Positions 50,101 to 62,800 of a DNA stretch of 64,000 bases are shown piece after piece. The stretch is from NCBI RefSeq assembly GCF_964355755.1, contig NC_092670.1, forward strand, positions 27,454,388 to 27,518,387. Reading direction: 5' to 3'. Made by a program: the position numbers and the translations under genes. Origin of the DNA: Antedon mediterranea. Its lineage: Eukaryota; Animalia; Echinodermata. The notes beneath the pieces were generated by a model. The model was not told the origin of the DNA, ran no database searches, and saw only the letters and a program-made list of their open reading frames with translations. Position 1 is the first letter of the stretch, and each line of letters opens with the position of its first letter.

Positions 50101-53100
50101 TGGTCAAAAACGTTTTTAAATACGATATTAAGCTATTTTGTGCTCTTTGATGTTTTTGTGTGAAAAGTTTTATCGAAATGCTCAAAATGGTCTAAAACGG
50201 TTTCTAATGTGATTTTAAGCACTTTGATGTTTTTATGTTAACAACTTTTTTAGAAAATCACAAAATGGTCTAAAACGTCTCCAAATGCGATTTGAAGCAA
50301 TTCTAAGCACTTTGGTGTTTTTATGGTAACGAGTTTTTTTGAATATCACAAAATGGTCTAAAATGTCTCCAAATGCGATTTGAAGCTTTTCTAAGCACTT
50401 TGGTGTTTTTATGTTAACAAGTTTTTTCGAAAATCACAAAATGGTCTAAAACGTCTCCAAATGCGATTTGAAGCTATTCTGTACACTTTGCTGTTTTGTG
50501 TGAATAATTTTTGTCGAAATGCTCAAAATGGTCAAAAACGTTTTTAAATACGATATTAAGCTATTTTGTGCTCTTTGATGTTTTTGTGTGAAAAGTTTTA
50601 TCGAAATGCTCAAAATGGTCTAAAACGGTTTCTAATGTGATTTTAAGCACTTTGATGTTTTTATGTTAACAACTTTTTTAGAAAATCACAAAATGGTCTA
50701 AAACGTCTCCAAATGCGATTTGAAGCAATTCTAAGCACTTTGGTGTTTTTATGGTAACGAGTTTTTTTGAATATCACAAAATGGTCTAAAATGTCTCCAA
50801 ATGCGATTTGAAGCTTTTCTAAGCACTTTGGTGTTTTTATGTTTACAAGTTTTTTCGAAAATCACAAAATGGTCTAAAACGGCTCCAAATACGATTTGAA
50901 GCTATTCTAAGCACTTTGGTGTTTTTATGTTAACAAGTTTTTTCGAAAATCACAAAATGGTCTAAAACGTTTCCAAATGCGATTTGAAGCTATTCTAAGC
51001 ACTTTGGTGTTTTTATGTTAACAAGTTTTTTCGAAAATCACAAAATGGTGTAAAACGTCTCCAAATGCGATTTGAAGCTATTCTAAGTAATTTTGTGTTT
51101 TTATGTTAACAAGTTTTTTCGAAAATCACAAAATAGTCTAAAACGTCTCCAAATGCGATTTGAAGCTATTCTAAGCACTTTTGTGTTTTTATGTTAACAA
51201 GTTTTTTCGAAAATCACAAAATGGTCTAAAATGTCTCAAAATGCGATTTGAAGCTATTCTGTACACTTTGCTGTTTTGTGTGAATAATTTTTGTCAAAAT
51301 GCTCAAAATGGTCAAAAACGTTTTTAAATACTTTATTAAGCTATTTTGTGTTCTTTGATGTTTTTGTGTGAAAAGTTTTTTCGAAATGCTCAAAATGGTC
51401 TAAAACGGTTTCTAATGTGATTTTAAGCACTTTGATGTTTTTATGTTAACAACTTTTTTAGAAAATTACAAAATGGTCTAAAAGGTCTCCAAATGCGATT
51501 TGAAGCAATTCTAAGCACTTTGGTGTTTTTATGTTAACAAGTTTTTTCGAAAATCACAAAATGGTCTAAAACGTCTCCAAATGCGATTTGAAGCTATTCT
51601 GTACACTTTGCTGTTTTGTGTGAATAATTTTTGTTGAAATGCTCAAAATGGTCAAAAACGTTTTTAAATACGATATTAAGCTATTTTGTGCTCTTTGATG
51701 TTTTTGTGTGAAAAGTTTTATCGAAATGCTCAAAATGGTCTAAAACGGTTTCTAATGTGATTTTAAGCACTTTGGTGTTTTTATGTTAACAAGTTTTTTC
51801 GAAAATCACAAAATGGTCTAAAATGTCTCCAAATGCGATTTGAAGCTTTTCTAAGCACTTTGGTGTTTTTATGTTAACAAGTTTTTTCGAAAATCACAAA
51901 ATGGTCTAAAACGTCTCCAAATGTGATTTGAAGCTATTCTAAACACTTTGGTGTTTTTATGTTAACAAGTTTTTTCGAAAATCACAAATTGGTCTAAAAC
52001 GTCTCCAAATGCGATTTGAAGCTATTTTAAGCACTTTGGTGTTTTTGTGTAACCAAGTTTTTTCGAAAATCACAAAAGGGTCTAAAATGTCTCAAAATGC
52101 GATTTGAAGCTATTCTGTACACTTTGATGTTTTTTTGTTAACAAGTTTTTTCGAAAGTCACAAAATGGTCTAAAAAGTCTCCAAATGCGATTTGAAGCTA
52201 TTCTAAGCACTTTGGTGTTTTTATGTTAACAAGTTTTTTTGAAAATCACAAAATGGTCTAAAACGTCTACAAATGCGATTTGAAGCTATTCTAAGCACTT
52301 TGGTGTTTTTATGTTAACAAGTTTTTTCGAAAATCACAAAATGGTATAAAACGTCTCCAAATGCGATTTGAAGATTTTCTAAGCACTTTGGTGTTTTTAT
52401 GTTTACAAGTTTTTTCGAAAATCACAAAATGGTCTAAAACGTCTCCAAATGCGATTTGAAGCTATTCTGTACACTTTGCTGTTTTGTTTGAATAATTTTG
52501 TCAAAATGCTCAAAATGGTCAAAAACGTTTTTAAATACTATATTAAGCTATTTTGTGTTCTTTGATGTTTTTGTGTGAAAAGTTTTATCGAAATGCTCAA
52601 AATGGTCTAAAACGGTTTCTAATGAAATGATTTTAAGAACTTTGATGTTTTTATGTTAACAACTTTTTTAGAAAATCACAAAATGGTCTAAAACGTCTCC
52701 AAATGCGATTTGAAGCAATTCTAAGCACTTTGGTGTTTTTATGTTAACAAGTTTTTTCGAAAATCACAAAATGGTCTAAAACGTCTACAAATGCGATTTG
52801 AAGCTATTCTAAGCACTTTGGTGTTTTTATGTTAACAAGTTTTTTCGAAAATCACAAAATGGTATAAAACGTCTCCAAATGCGATTTTAAGGTATTCTAA
52901 GCACTTTGGTGTTTTTATGTTAACAAGTTTTTTCGAAAATCACAAAATGGTCGAAAATGTCACAAAATGCGATTTGAAGCTATTCTAAGCACTTTGGTGT
53001 TATTATGTTAACAAGTTTTTTCGAAAATCACAAATTGGTCTAAAACGTCTCCAAATGCGATTTGAAGCTATTTTAAGCACTTTGGTGTTTTTGTGTAACC

Positions 53101-53215
53101 AAGTTTTTTCGAAAATCACAAAAGGGTCTAAAATGTCTCAAAATGCGATTTGAAGCTATTCTGTACACTTTGATGTTTTTTTGTTAACAAGTTTTTTCGA
53201 AAGTTACAAAATGGA
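35170..53215 (+). repeat. Large near-perfect tandem duplication, period 9138 bp (~105 monomers)
   Basis: Seen: ACGTTGTTTATG 36581/45719, TCAGAATA 38813/47951, ORF 39764/48902 and AAGTAATTTTG 41947/51085 all have offset 9138. The offset becomes 9050 at the end after one monomer is lost near 52770. Confidence 0.93.
40390..41700 (+). repeat. Short HOR run: cassette repeated at 516 bp (6-mer) then 428 bp (5-mer); repeated at ~49530-50840 and ~56680-57800
   Basis: Seen: B-monomer AACGTTTTTA at 40455, 40971 and 41399. Confidence 0.82.
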
Positions 53216-54570
53216 CTAAAACGTCTCCAAATGCGATTTGAAGCTATTCTAAGCACTTTGGTGTTTTTATGTTAACAAGTTTTTTCGAAAATCACAAAAT
53301 GGTGTAAAACGTCTCCAAATGCGATTTGAAGCTATTCTAAGCACTTTGGTGTTTTTATGTTAACAAGTTTTTTCGAAAATCACAAAATGGTGTAAAACTT
53401 CTCCAAATACGATTTTAAGCTATTCTAAGCAATTTGGTGTTGTTTACAAGTTTTTTCGAAAATCACAAAATGGTCTAAAACGTCTCCAAATGCGATTTGA
53501 AGCTATTCTGTACACTTTGCTGTTTTGTTTGAATAATTTTGTCAAAATGCTCAAAATGGTCAAAAACGTTTTTAAATACTATATTAAGCTATTTTGTGTT
53601 CTTTGATGTTTTTGTGTGAAAAGTTTTATCGAAATGCTCAAAATGGTCTAAAACGGTTTCTAATGAAATGATTTTAAGAACTTTGATGTTTTTATGTTAA
53701 CAACTTTTTTAGAAAATCACAAAATGGTCTAAAACGTCTCCAAATGCGATTTGAAGCAATTCTAAGCACTTTGGTGTTTTTATGTTAACAAGTTTTTTCG
53801 AAAATCACAAAATGGTATAAAACCTCTCCAAATGCGATTTTAAGGTATTCTAAGCACTTTGGTGTTTTTATGTTAACAAGTTTTTTCGAAAATCACAAAA
53901 TGGTCTAAAACGTCTACAAATGCGATTTGAAGCTATTCTAAGCACTTTGGTGTTTTTATGTTAACAAGTTTTTTCGAAAATCACAAAATGGTATAAAACG
54001 TCTCCAAATGCGATTTTAAGGTATTCTAAGCACTTTGGTGTTTTTATGTTAACAAGTTTTTTCGAAAATCACAAAATGGTCGAAAATGTCACAAAATGCG
54101 ATTTGAAGCTATTCTAAGCACTTTGGTGTTATTATGTTAACAAGTTTTTTCGAAAATCACAAATTGGTCTAAAACGTCTCCAAATGCGATTTGAAGCTAT
54201 TTTAAGCACTTTGGTGTTTTTGTGTAACCAAGTTTTTTCGAAAATCACAAAAGGGTCTAAAATGTCTCAAAATGCGATTTGAAGCTATTCTGTACACTTT
54301 GATGTTTTTTTGTTAACAAGTTTTTTCGAAAGTTACAAAATGGACTAAAACGTCTCCAAATGCGATTTGAAGCTATTCTAAGCACTTTGGTGTTTTTATG
54401 TTAACAAGTTTTTTCGAAAATCACAAAATGGTGTAAAACGTCTCCAAATGCGATTTGAAGCTATTCTAAGCACTTTGGTGTTTTTATGTTAACAAGTTTT
54501 TTCGAAAATCACAAAATGGTGTAAAACTTCTCCAAATACGATTTTAAGCTATTCTAAGCAATTTGGTGTT
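52400..54570 (+). repeat. Local tandem duplication (offset 1041, then 1129 bp) with scarred junction at ~53441
   Basis: Seen: GTTTTGTTTG at 52481/53522, ATGGACTAAA at 53211/54340, and a 5-bp deletion GGTGT^TGTTTACAAG at the join. Confidence 0.82.
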
Positions 54571-57500
54571 TTTATGTTAACAAGTTTTTTCGAAAATCAC
54601 AAATGGTCTAAAACGTCTCCAAATGCGATTTGAAGTTATTCTGTACACTTTGCTGTTTTGTGAGAATAATTTTTGTCGAAATGCTCAAAATGGTCAAAAA
54701 CGTTTTTAAATACGATATTAAGCTATTTTGTGCTCTTTGATGTTTTTGTGTGAAAAGTTTTATCGAAATGCTCAAAATGGTCTAAAACGGTTTCTAATGT
54801 GATTTTAAGCACTTTGATGTTTTTATGTTAACAACTTTTTTAGAAAATTACAAAATGGTGTAAAACGTCTCCAAATGCGATTTGAAGCTTATCTAAGCAA
54901 TTTGGTGTTTTTATGTTAACAAGTTTTTTCGAAATTCACAAAAGGGTCTAAAACGTCTCCAAATGCGATTTGAAGCTATTCTAAGCACTTTTGTGTTTTT
55001 ATGTTAACAAGTTTTTTCGAAAATCACAAAATGGTCTAAAATGTCTCCAAATGCGATTTTAAGGTATTCTAAGCACTTTGGTGTTTTTATGTTAACAAGT
55101 TTTTTCGAAAATCACAAAATGGTCTAAAACGTCTACAAATGCGATTTGAAGCTATTCTAAGCACTTTGGTGTTTTTATGTTAACAAGTTTTTTTCGAAAA
55201 TCACAAAATGGTATAAAACGTCTCCAAATGCGATTTGAAGATTTTCTAAGCACTTTGGTGTTTTTATGTTTACAAGTTTTTTCGAAAATCACAAAATGGT
55301 CTAAAACGTCTCCAAATGCGATTTGAAGCTATTCTGTACACTTTGCTGTTTTGTGTGAATAATTTTTGTCAAAATGCTCAAAATGGTCAAAAACGTTTTT
55401 AAATACTATATTAAGCTATTTTGTGTTCTTTGATGTTTTTGTGTGAAAAGTTTTATCGAAATGCTCAAAATGGTCTAAAACGGTTTCTAATGAAATGATT
55501 TTAAGAACTTTGATGTTTTTATGTTAACAACTTTTTTAGAAAATCACAAAATGGTCTAAAACGTCTCCAAATGCGATTTGAAGCAATTCTAAGCACTTTG
55601 GTGTTTTTATGTTAACAAGTTTTTTCGAAAATCACAAAATGGTATAAAACGTCTCCAAATGCGATTTTAAGGTATTCTAAGCACTTTGGTGTTTTTATGT
55701 TAACAAGTTTTTTCGAAAATCACAAAATGGTCTAAAACGTCTACAAATGCGATTTGAAGCTATTCTAAGCACTTTGGTGTTTTTATGTTAACAAGTTTTT
55801 TCGAAAATCACAAAATGGTCTAAAACGTCTCCAAATGCGATTTGAAGCTATTCTGTACACTTTGCTGTTTTGTGTGAATAATTTTTGTCGAAATGCTCAA
55901 AATGGTCAAAAACGTTTTTAAATACGATATTAAGCTATTTTGTGCTCTTTGATGTTTTTGTGTGAAAAGTTTTATCGAAATGCTCAAAATGGTCTAAAAC
56001 GGTTTCTAATGTTAACAAGTTTTTTCGAAAATCACAAAATGGTCGAAAATGTCACAAAATGCGATTTTAAGCTATTCTAAGCACTTTGTTGTTTTTATGT
56101 TAACAAGTTTTTTTCGAAAATCACAAAATGGTCTAAAACCTCTCCAAATGCGATTTGAAGCTATTCTGTACACTTTGCTGTTTTGTGTGAATAATTTTTG
56201 TCGAAATGCTCAAAATGGTCAAAAACGTTTTTAAATACGATATTAAGCTATTTTGTGCTCTTTGATGTTTTTGTGTGAAAAGTTTTATCGAAATGCTCAA
56301 AATGGTCTAAAACGGTTTCTAATGTGATTTTAAGCACTTTGGTGTTTTTATGTTAACAAGTTTTTTTCGAAAATCACAAAATGGTCTAAAACGTCTCCAA
56401 ATGTGATTTGAAGCTATTCTAAACACTTTGGTGTTTTTATGTTAACAAGTTTTTTCGAAAATCACAAATTGGTCTAAAACGTCTCCAAATGCGATTTGAA
56501 GCTATTTTAAGCACTTTGGTGTTTTTGTGTAACCAAGTTTTTTCGAAAATCACAAAAGGGTCTAAAATGTCTCAAAATGCGATTTGAAGCTATTCTGTAC
56601 ACTTTGATGTTTTTTTGTTAACAAGTTTTTTCGAAAGTCACAAAATGGTCTAAAACGTCTCCAAATGCGATTTGAAGCTATTCTAAGAACTTTGCTGTTT
56701 TGTGTGAATAATTTTTGTCGAAATGCTCAAAATGGTCAAAAACGTTTTTAAATACGATATTAAGCTATTTTGTGCTCTTTGATGTTTTTGTGTGAAAAGT
56801 TTTATCGAAATGCTCAAAATGGTCTAAAACGGTTTCTAATGTGATTTTAAGCACTTTGATGTTTTTATGTTAACAACTTTTTTAGAAAATCACAAAATGG
56901 TCTAAAACGTCTCCAAATGCGATTTGAAGCAATTCTAAGCACTTTGGTGTTTTTATGGTAACGAGTTTTTTTGAATATCACAAAATGGTCTAAAATGTCT
57001 CCAAATGCGATTTGAAGCTTTTCTAAGCACTTTGGTGTTTTTATGTTAACAAGTTTTTTCGAAAACCACAAAATGGTCTAAAACGTCTCCAAATGCGATT
57101 TGAAGCTTTTCTAAGCACTTTGGTGTTTTTATGTTAACAAGTTTTTTCGAAAATCACAAAATGGTCTAAAACGTCTCCAAATGCGATTTGAAGCTATTCT
57201 GTACACTTTGCTGTTTTGTGTGAATAATTTTTGTCGAAATGCTCAAAATGGTCAAAAACGTTTTTAAATACGATATTAAGCTATTTTGTGCTCTTTGATG
57301 TTTTTGTGTGAAAAGTTTTATCGAAATGCTCAAAATGGTCTAAAACGGTTTCTAATGTGATTTTAAGCACTTTGATGTTTTTATGTTAACAACTTTTTTA
57401 GAAAATCACAAAATGGTCTAAAACGTCTCCAAATGCGATTTGAAGCAATTCTAAGCACTTTGGTGTTTTTATGGTAACGAGTTTTTTTGAATATCACAAA

Positions 57501-58369
57501 ATGGTCTAAAATGTCTCCAAATGCGATTTGAAGCTTTTCTAAGCACTTTGGTGTTTTTATGGTAACGAGTTATTTCGAAAATCACAAAATGGTCTAAAAC
57601 GTCTCCAAATGCGATTTGAAGCTATTCTGTACACTTTGCTGTTTTGTGTGAATAATTTTTGTCAAAATGCTCAAAATGGTCAAAAACGTTTTTAAATACT
57701 ATATTAAGCTATTTTGTGCTCTTTGATGTTTTTGTGTGAAAAGTTTTATCGAAATGCTCAAAATGGTCTAAAACGGTTTCTAATGTGATTTTAAGCACTT
57801 TGATGTTTTTATGTTAACAACTTTTTTAGAAAATTACAAAATGGTGTAAAACGTCTCCAAATGCGATTTGAAGCTATTCTAAGCAATTTGGTGTTTTTAT
57901 GTTAACAAGTTTTTTCGAAAATCATAAAATGGTCTAAAACGTCTCCAAATGCGATTTGAAGCTATTCTAAGCACTTTTGTGTTTTTATGTTAACAAGTTT
58001 TTTCGAAAATCACAAAATGGTCTAAAATGTCTCCAATTGCGATTTGAAGCTTTTCTAAGCACTTTTGTGTTTTTATGTTTACAAGTTTTTTCGAAAATCA
58101 CAAAATGGTCTAAAACGTCTCCAAATGCGATTTGAAGCTATTCTAAGCACTTTGGTGTTTTTATGTTAACAAGTTTTTTCGAAAATCACAAAATGGTCTA
58201 AAACGTCTCCAAATGTGATTTGAAGCTATTCTAAACACTTTGGTGTTTTTATGTTAACAAGTTTTTTCGAAAATCACAAATTGGTCTAAAACGTCTCCAT
58301 ATGCGATTTGAAGCTATTTTAAGCACTTTGGTGTTTTTGTGTAACCAAGTTTTTTCGAAAATCACAAAA

Positions 58370-59840
58370 GGGTCTAAAATGTCTCAAAATGCGATTTGAA
58401 GCTATTCTGTACACTTTGATGTTTTTATGTTAACAACTTTTTTAGAAAATCACAAAATGGTCTAAAACGTCTCCAAATGCGATTTGAAGCAATTCTAAGC
58501 ACTTTGGTGTTTTTATGGTAACGAGTTTTTTTGAATATCACAAAATGGTCTAAAATGTCTCCAAATGCGATTTGAAGCTTTTCTAAGCACTTTGGTGTTT
58601 TTATGTTAACAAGTTTTTTCGAAAATCACAAAATGGTCTAAAACGTCTCCAAATGCGATTTGAAGCTATTCTGTACACTTTGCTGTTTTGTGTGAATAAT
58701 TTTTGTCGAAATGCTCAAAATGGTCAAAAACGTTTTTAAATACGATATTAAGCTATTTTGTGCTCTTTGATGTTTTTGTGTGAAAAGTTTTATCGAAATG
58801 CTCAAAATGGTCTAAAACGGTTTCTAATGTGATTTTAAGCACTTTGATGTTTTTATGTTAACAACTTTTTTAGAAAATCACAAAATGGTCTAAAACGTCT
58901 CCAAATGCGATTTGAAGCAATTCTAAGCACTTTGGTGTTTTTATGGTAACGAGTTTTTTTGAATATCACAAAATGGTCTAAAATGTCTCCAAATGCGATT
59001 TGAAGCTTTTCTAAGCACTTTGGTGTTTTTATGTTTACAAGTTTTTTCGAAAATCACAAAATGGTCTAAAACGGTTTCTAATGTGATTTTAAGCACTTTG
59101 GTGTTTTTATGTTAACAAGTTTTTTCGAAAATCACAAAATGGTCTAAAATGTCTCAAAATGCGATTTGAAGCTATTCTGTACACTTTGATGTTTTTATGT
59201 TAACAACTTTTTTAGAAAATCACAAAATGGTCTAAAACGTCTCCAAATGCGATTTGAAGCAATTCTAAGCACTTTGGTGTTTTTATGGTAACGAGTTTTT
59301 TTGAATATCACAAAATGGTCTAAAATGTCTCCAAATGCGATTTGAAGCTTTTCTAAGCACTTTGGTGTTTTTATGTTAACAAGTTTTTTCGAAAATCACA
59401 AAATGGTCTAAAACGTCTCCAAATGCGATTTGAAGCTATTCTGTACACTTTGCTGTTTTGTGTGAATAATTTTTGTCGAAATGCTCAAAATGGTCAAAAA
59501 CGTTTTTAAATACGATATTAAGCTATTTTGTGCTCTTTGATGTTTTTGTGTGAAAAGTTTTATCGAAATGCTCAAAATGGTCTAAAACGGTTTCTAATGT
59601 GATTTTAAGCACTTTGATGTTTTTATGTTAACAACTTTTTTAGAAAATCACAAAATGGTCTAAAACGTCTCCAAATGCGATTTGAAGCAATTCTAAGCAC
59701 TTTGGTGTTTTTATGGTAACGAGTTTTTTTGAATATCACAAAATGGTCTAAAATGTCTCCAAATGCGATTTGAAGCTTTTCTAAGCACTTTGGTGTTTTT
59801 ATGTTTACAAGTTTTTTCGAAAATCACAAAATGGTCTAAA
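58370..59840 (+). repeat. Tandem higher-order repeat, period 770 bp (9 monomers)
   Basis: Seen: GTCTCAAAAT...CTGTACACTTTGATG...CAACTTTTTTAG at 58381/59151 and cassettes 770 bp apart. 252 + 78 + 5x88 = 770. Confidence 0.82.
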
Positions 59841-62800
59841 ACGGCTCCAAATACGATTTGAAGCTATTCTAAGCACTTTGGTGTTTTTATGTTAACAAGT
59901 TTTTTCGAAAATCACAAAATGGTCTAAAACGTTTCCAAATGCGATTTGAAGCTATTCTAAGCACTTTGGTGTTTTTATGTTAACAAGTTTTTTCGAAAAT
60001 CACAAAATGGTGTAAAACGTCTCCAAATGCGATTTGAAGCTATTCTAAGTAATTTTGTGTTTTTATGTTAACAAGTTTTTTCGAAAATCACAAAATAGTC
60101 TAAAACGTCTCCAAATGCGATTTGAAGCTATTCTAAGCACTTTTGTGTTTTTATGTTAACAAGTTTTTTCGAAAATCACAAAATGGTCTAAAATGTCTCA
60201 AAATGCGATTTGAAGCTATTCTGTACACTTTGCTGTTTTGTGTGAATAATTTTTGTCAAAATGCTCAAAATGGTCAAAAACGTTTTTAAATACTTTATTA
60301 AGCTATTTTGTGTTCTTTGATGTTTTTGTGTGAAAAGTTTTTTCGAAATGCTCAAAATGGTCTAAAACGGTTTCTAATGTGATTTTAAGCACTTTGATGT
60401 TTTTATGTTAACAACTTTTTTAGAAAATTACAAAATGGTCTAAAACGTCTCCAAATGCGATTTGAAGCAATTCTAAGCACTTTGGTGTTTTTATGTTAAC
60501 AAGTTTTTTCGAAAATCACAAAATGGTCTAAAACGTCTCCAAATGCGATTTGAAGCTATTCTGTACACTTTGCTGTTTTGTGTGAATAATTTTTGTTGAA
60601 ATGCTCAAAATGGTCAAAAACGTTTTTAAATACGATATTAAGCTATTTTGTGCTCTTTGATGTTTTTGTGTGAAAAGTTTTATCGAAATGCTCAAAATGG
60701 TCTAAAACGGTTTCTAATGTGATTTTAAGCACTTTGGTGTTTTTATGTTAACAAGTTTTTTCGAAAATCACAAAATGGTCTAAAATGTCTCCAAATGCGA
60801 TTTGAAGCTTTTCTAAGCACTTTGGTGTTTTTATGTTAACAAGTTTTTTCGAAAATCACAAAATGGTCTAAAACGTCTCCAAATGTGATTTGAAGCTATT
60901 CTAAACACTTTGGTGTTTTTATGTTAACAAGTTTTTTCGAAAATCACAAATTGGTCTAAAACGTCTCCAAATGCGATTTGAAGCTATTTTAAGCACTTTG
61001 GTGTTTTTGTGTAACCAAGTTTTTTCGAAAATCACAAAAGGGTCTAAAATGTCTCAAAATGCGATTTGAAGCTATTCTGTACACTTTGATGTTTTTTTGT
61101 TAACAAGTTTTTTCGAAAGTCACAAAATGGTCTAAAAAGTCTCCAAATGCGATTTGAAGCTATTCTAAGCACTTTGGTGTTTTTATGTTAACAAGTTTTT
61201 TTGAAAATCACAAAATGGTCTAAAACGTCTACAAATGCGATTTGAAGCTATTCTAAGCACTTTGGTGTTTTTATGTTAACAAGTTTTTTCGAAAATCACA
61301 AAATGGTATAAAACGTCTCCAAATGCGATTTGAAGATTTTCTAAGCACTTTGGTGTTTTTATGTTTACAAGTTTTTTCGAAAATCACAAAATGGTCTAAA
61401 ACGTCTCCAAATGCGATTTGAAGCTATTCTGTACACTTTGCTGTTTTGTTTGAATAATTTTGTCAAAATGCTCAAAATGGTCAAAAACGTTTTTAAATAC
61501 TATATTAAGCTATTTTGTGTTCTTTGATGTTTTTGTGTGAAAAGTTTTATCGAAATGCTCAAAATGGTCTAAAACGGTTTCTAATGAAATGATTTTAAGA
61601 ACTTTGATGTTTTTATGTTAACAACTTTTTTAGAAAATCACAAAATGGTCTAAAACGTCTCCAAATGCGATTTGAAGCAATTCTAAGCACTTTGGTGTTT
61701 TTATGTTAACAAGTTTTTTCGAAAATCACAAAATGGTATAAAACCTCTCCAAATGCGATTTTAAGGTATTCTAAGCACTTTGGTGTTTTTATGTTAACAA
61801 GTTTTTTCGAAAATCACAAAATGGTCTAAAACGTCTACAAATGCGATTTGAAGCTATTCTAAGCACTTTGGTGTTTTTATGTTAACAAGTTTTTTCGAAA
61901 ATCACAAAATGGTATAAAACGTCTCCAAATGCGATTTTAAGGTATTCTAAGCACTTTGGTGTTTTTATGTTAACAAGTTTTTTCGAAAATCACAAAATGG
62001 TCGAAAATGTCACAAAATGCGATTTGAAGCTATTCTAAGCACTTTGGTGTTATTATGTTAACAAGTTTTTTCGAAAATCACAAATTGGTCTAAAACGTCT
62101 CCAAATGCGATTTGAAGCTATTTTAAGCACTTTGGTGTTTTTGTGTAACCAAGTTTTTTCGAAAATCACAAAAGGGTCTAAAATGTCTCAAAATGCGATT
62201 TGAAGCTATTCTGTACACTTTGATGTTTTTTTGTTAACAAGTTTTTTCGAAAGTTACAAAATGGACTAAAACGTCTCCAAATGCGATTTGAAGCTATTCT
62301 AAGCACTTTGGTGTTTTTATGTTAACAAGTTTTTTCGAAAATCACAAAATGGTGTAAAACGTCTCCAAATGCGATTTGAAGCTATTCTAAGCACTTTGGT
62401 GTTTTTATGTTAACAAGTTTTTTCGAAAATCACAAAATGGTGTAAAACTTCTCCAAATACGATTTTAAGCTATTCTAAGCAATTTGGTGTTTTTATGTTA
62501 ACAAGTTTTTTCGAAAATCACAAATGGTCTAAAACGTCTCCAAATGCGATTTGAAGTTATTCTGTACACTTTGCTGTTTTGTGAGAATAATTTTTGTCGA
62601 AATGCTCAAAATGGTCAAAAACGTTTTTAAATACGATATTAAGCTATTTTGTGCTCTTTGATGTTTTTGTGTGAAAAGTTTTATCGAAATGCTCAAAATG
62701 TTCTAAAACGGTTTCTAATGTGATTTTAAGCACTTTGATGTTTTTATGTTAACAACTTTTTTAGAAAATTACAAAATGGTGTAAAACGTCTCCAAATGCG

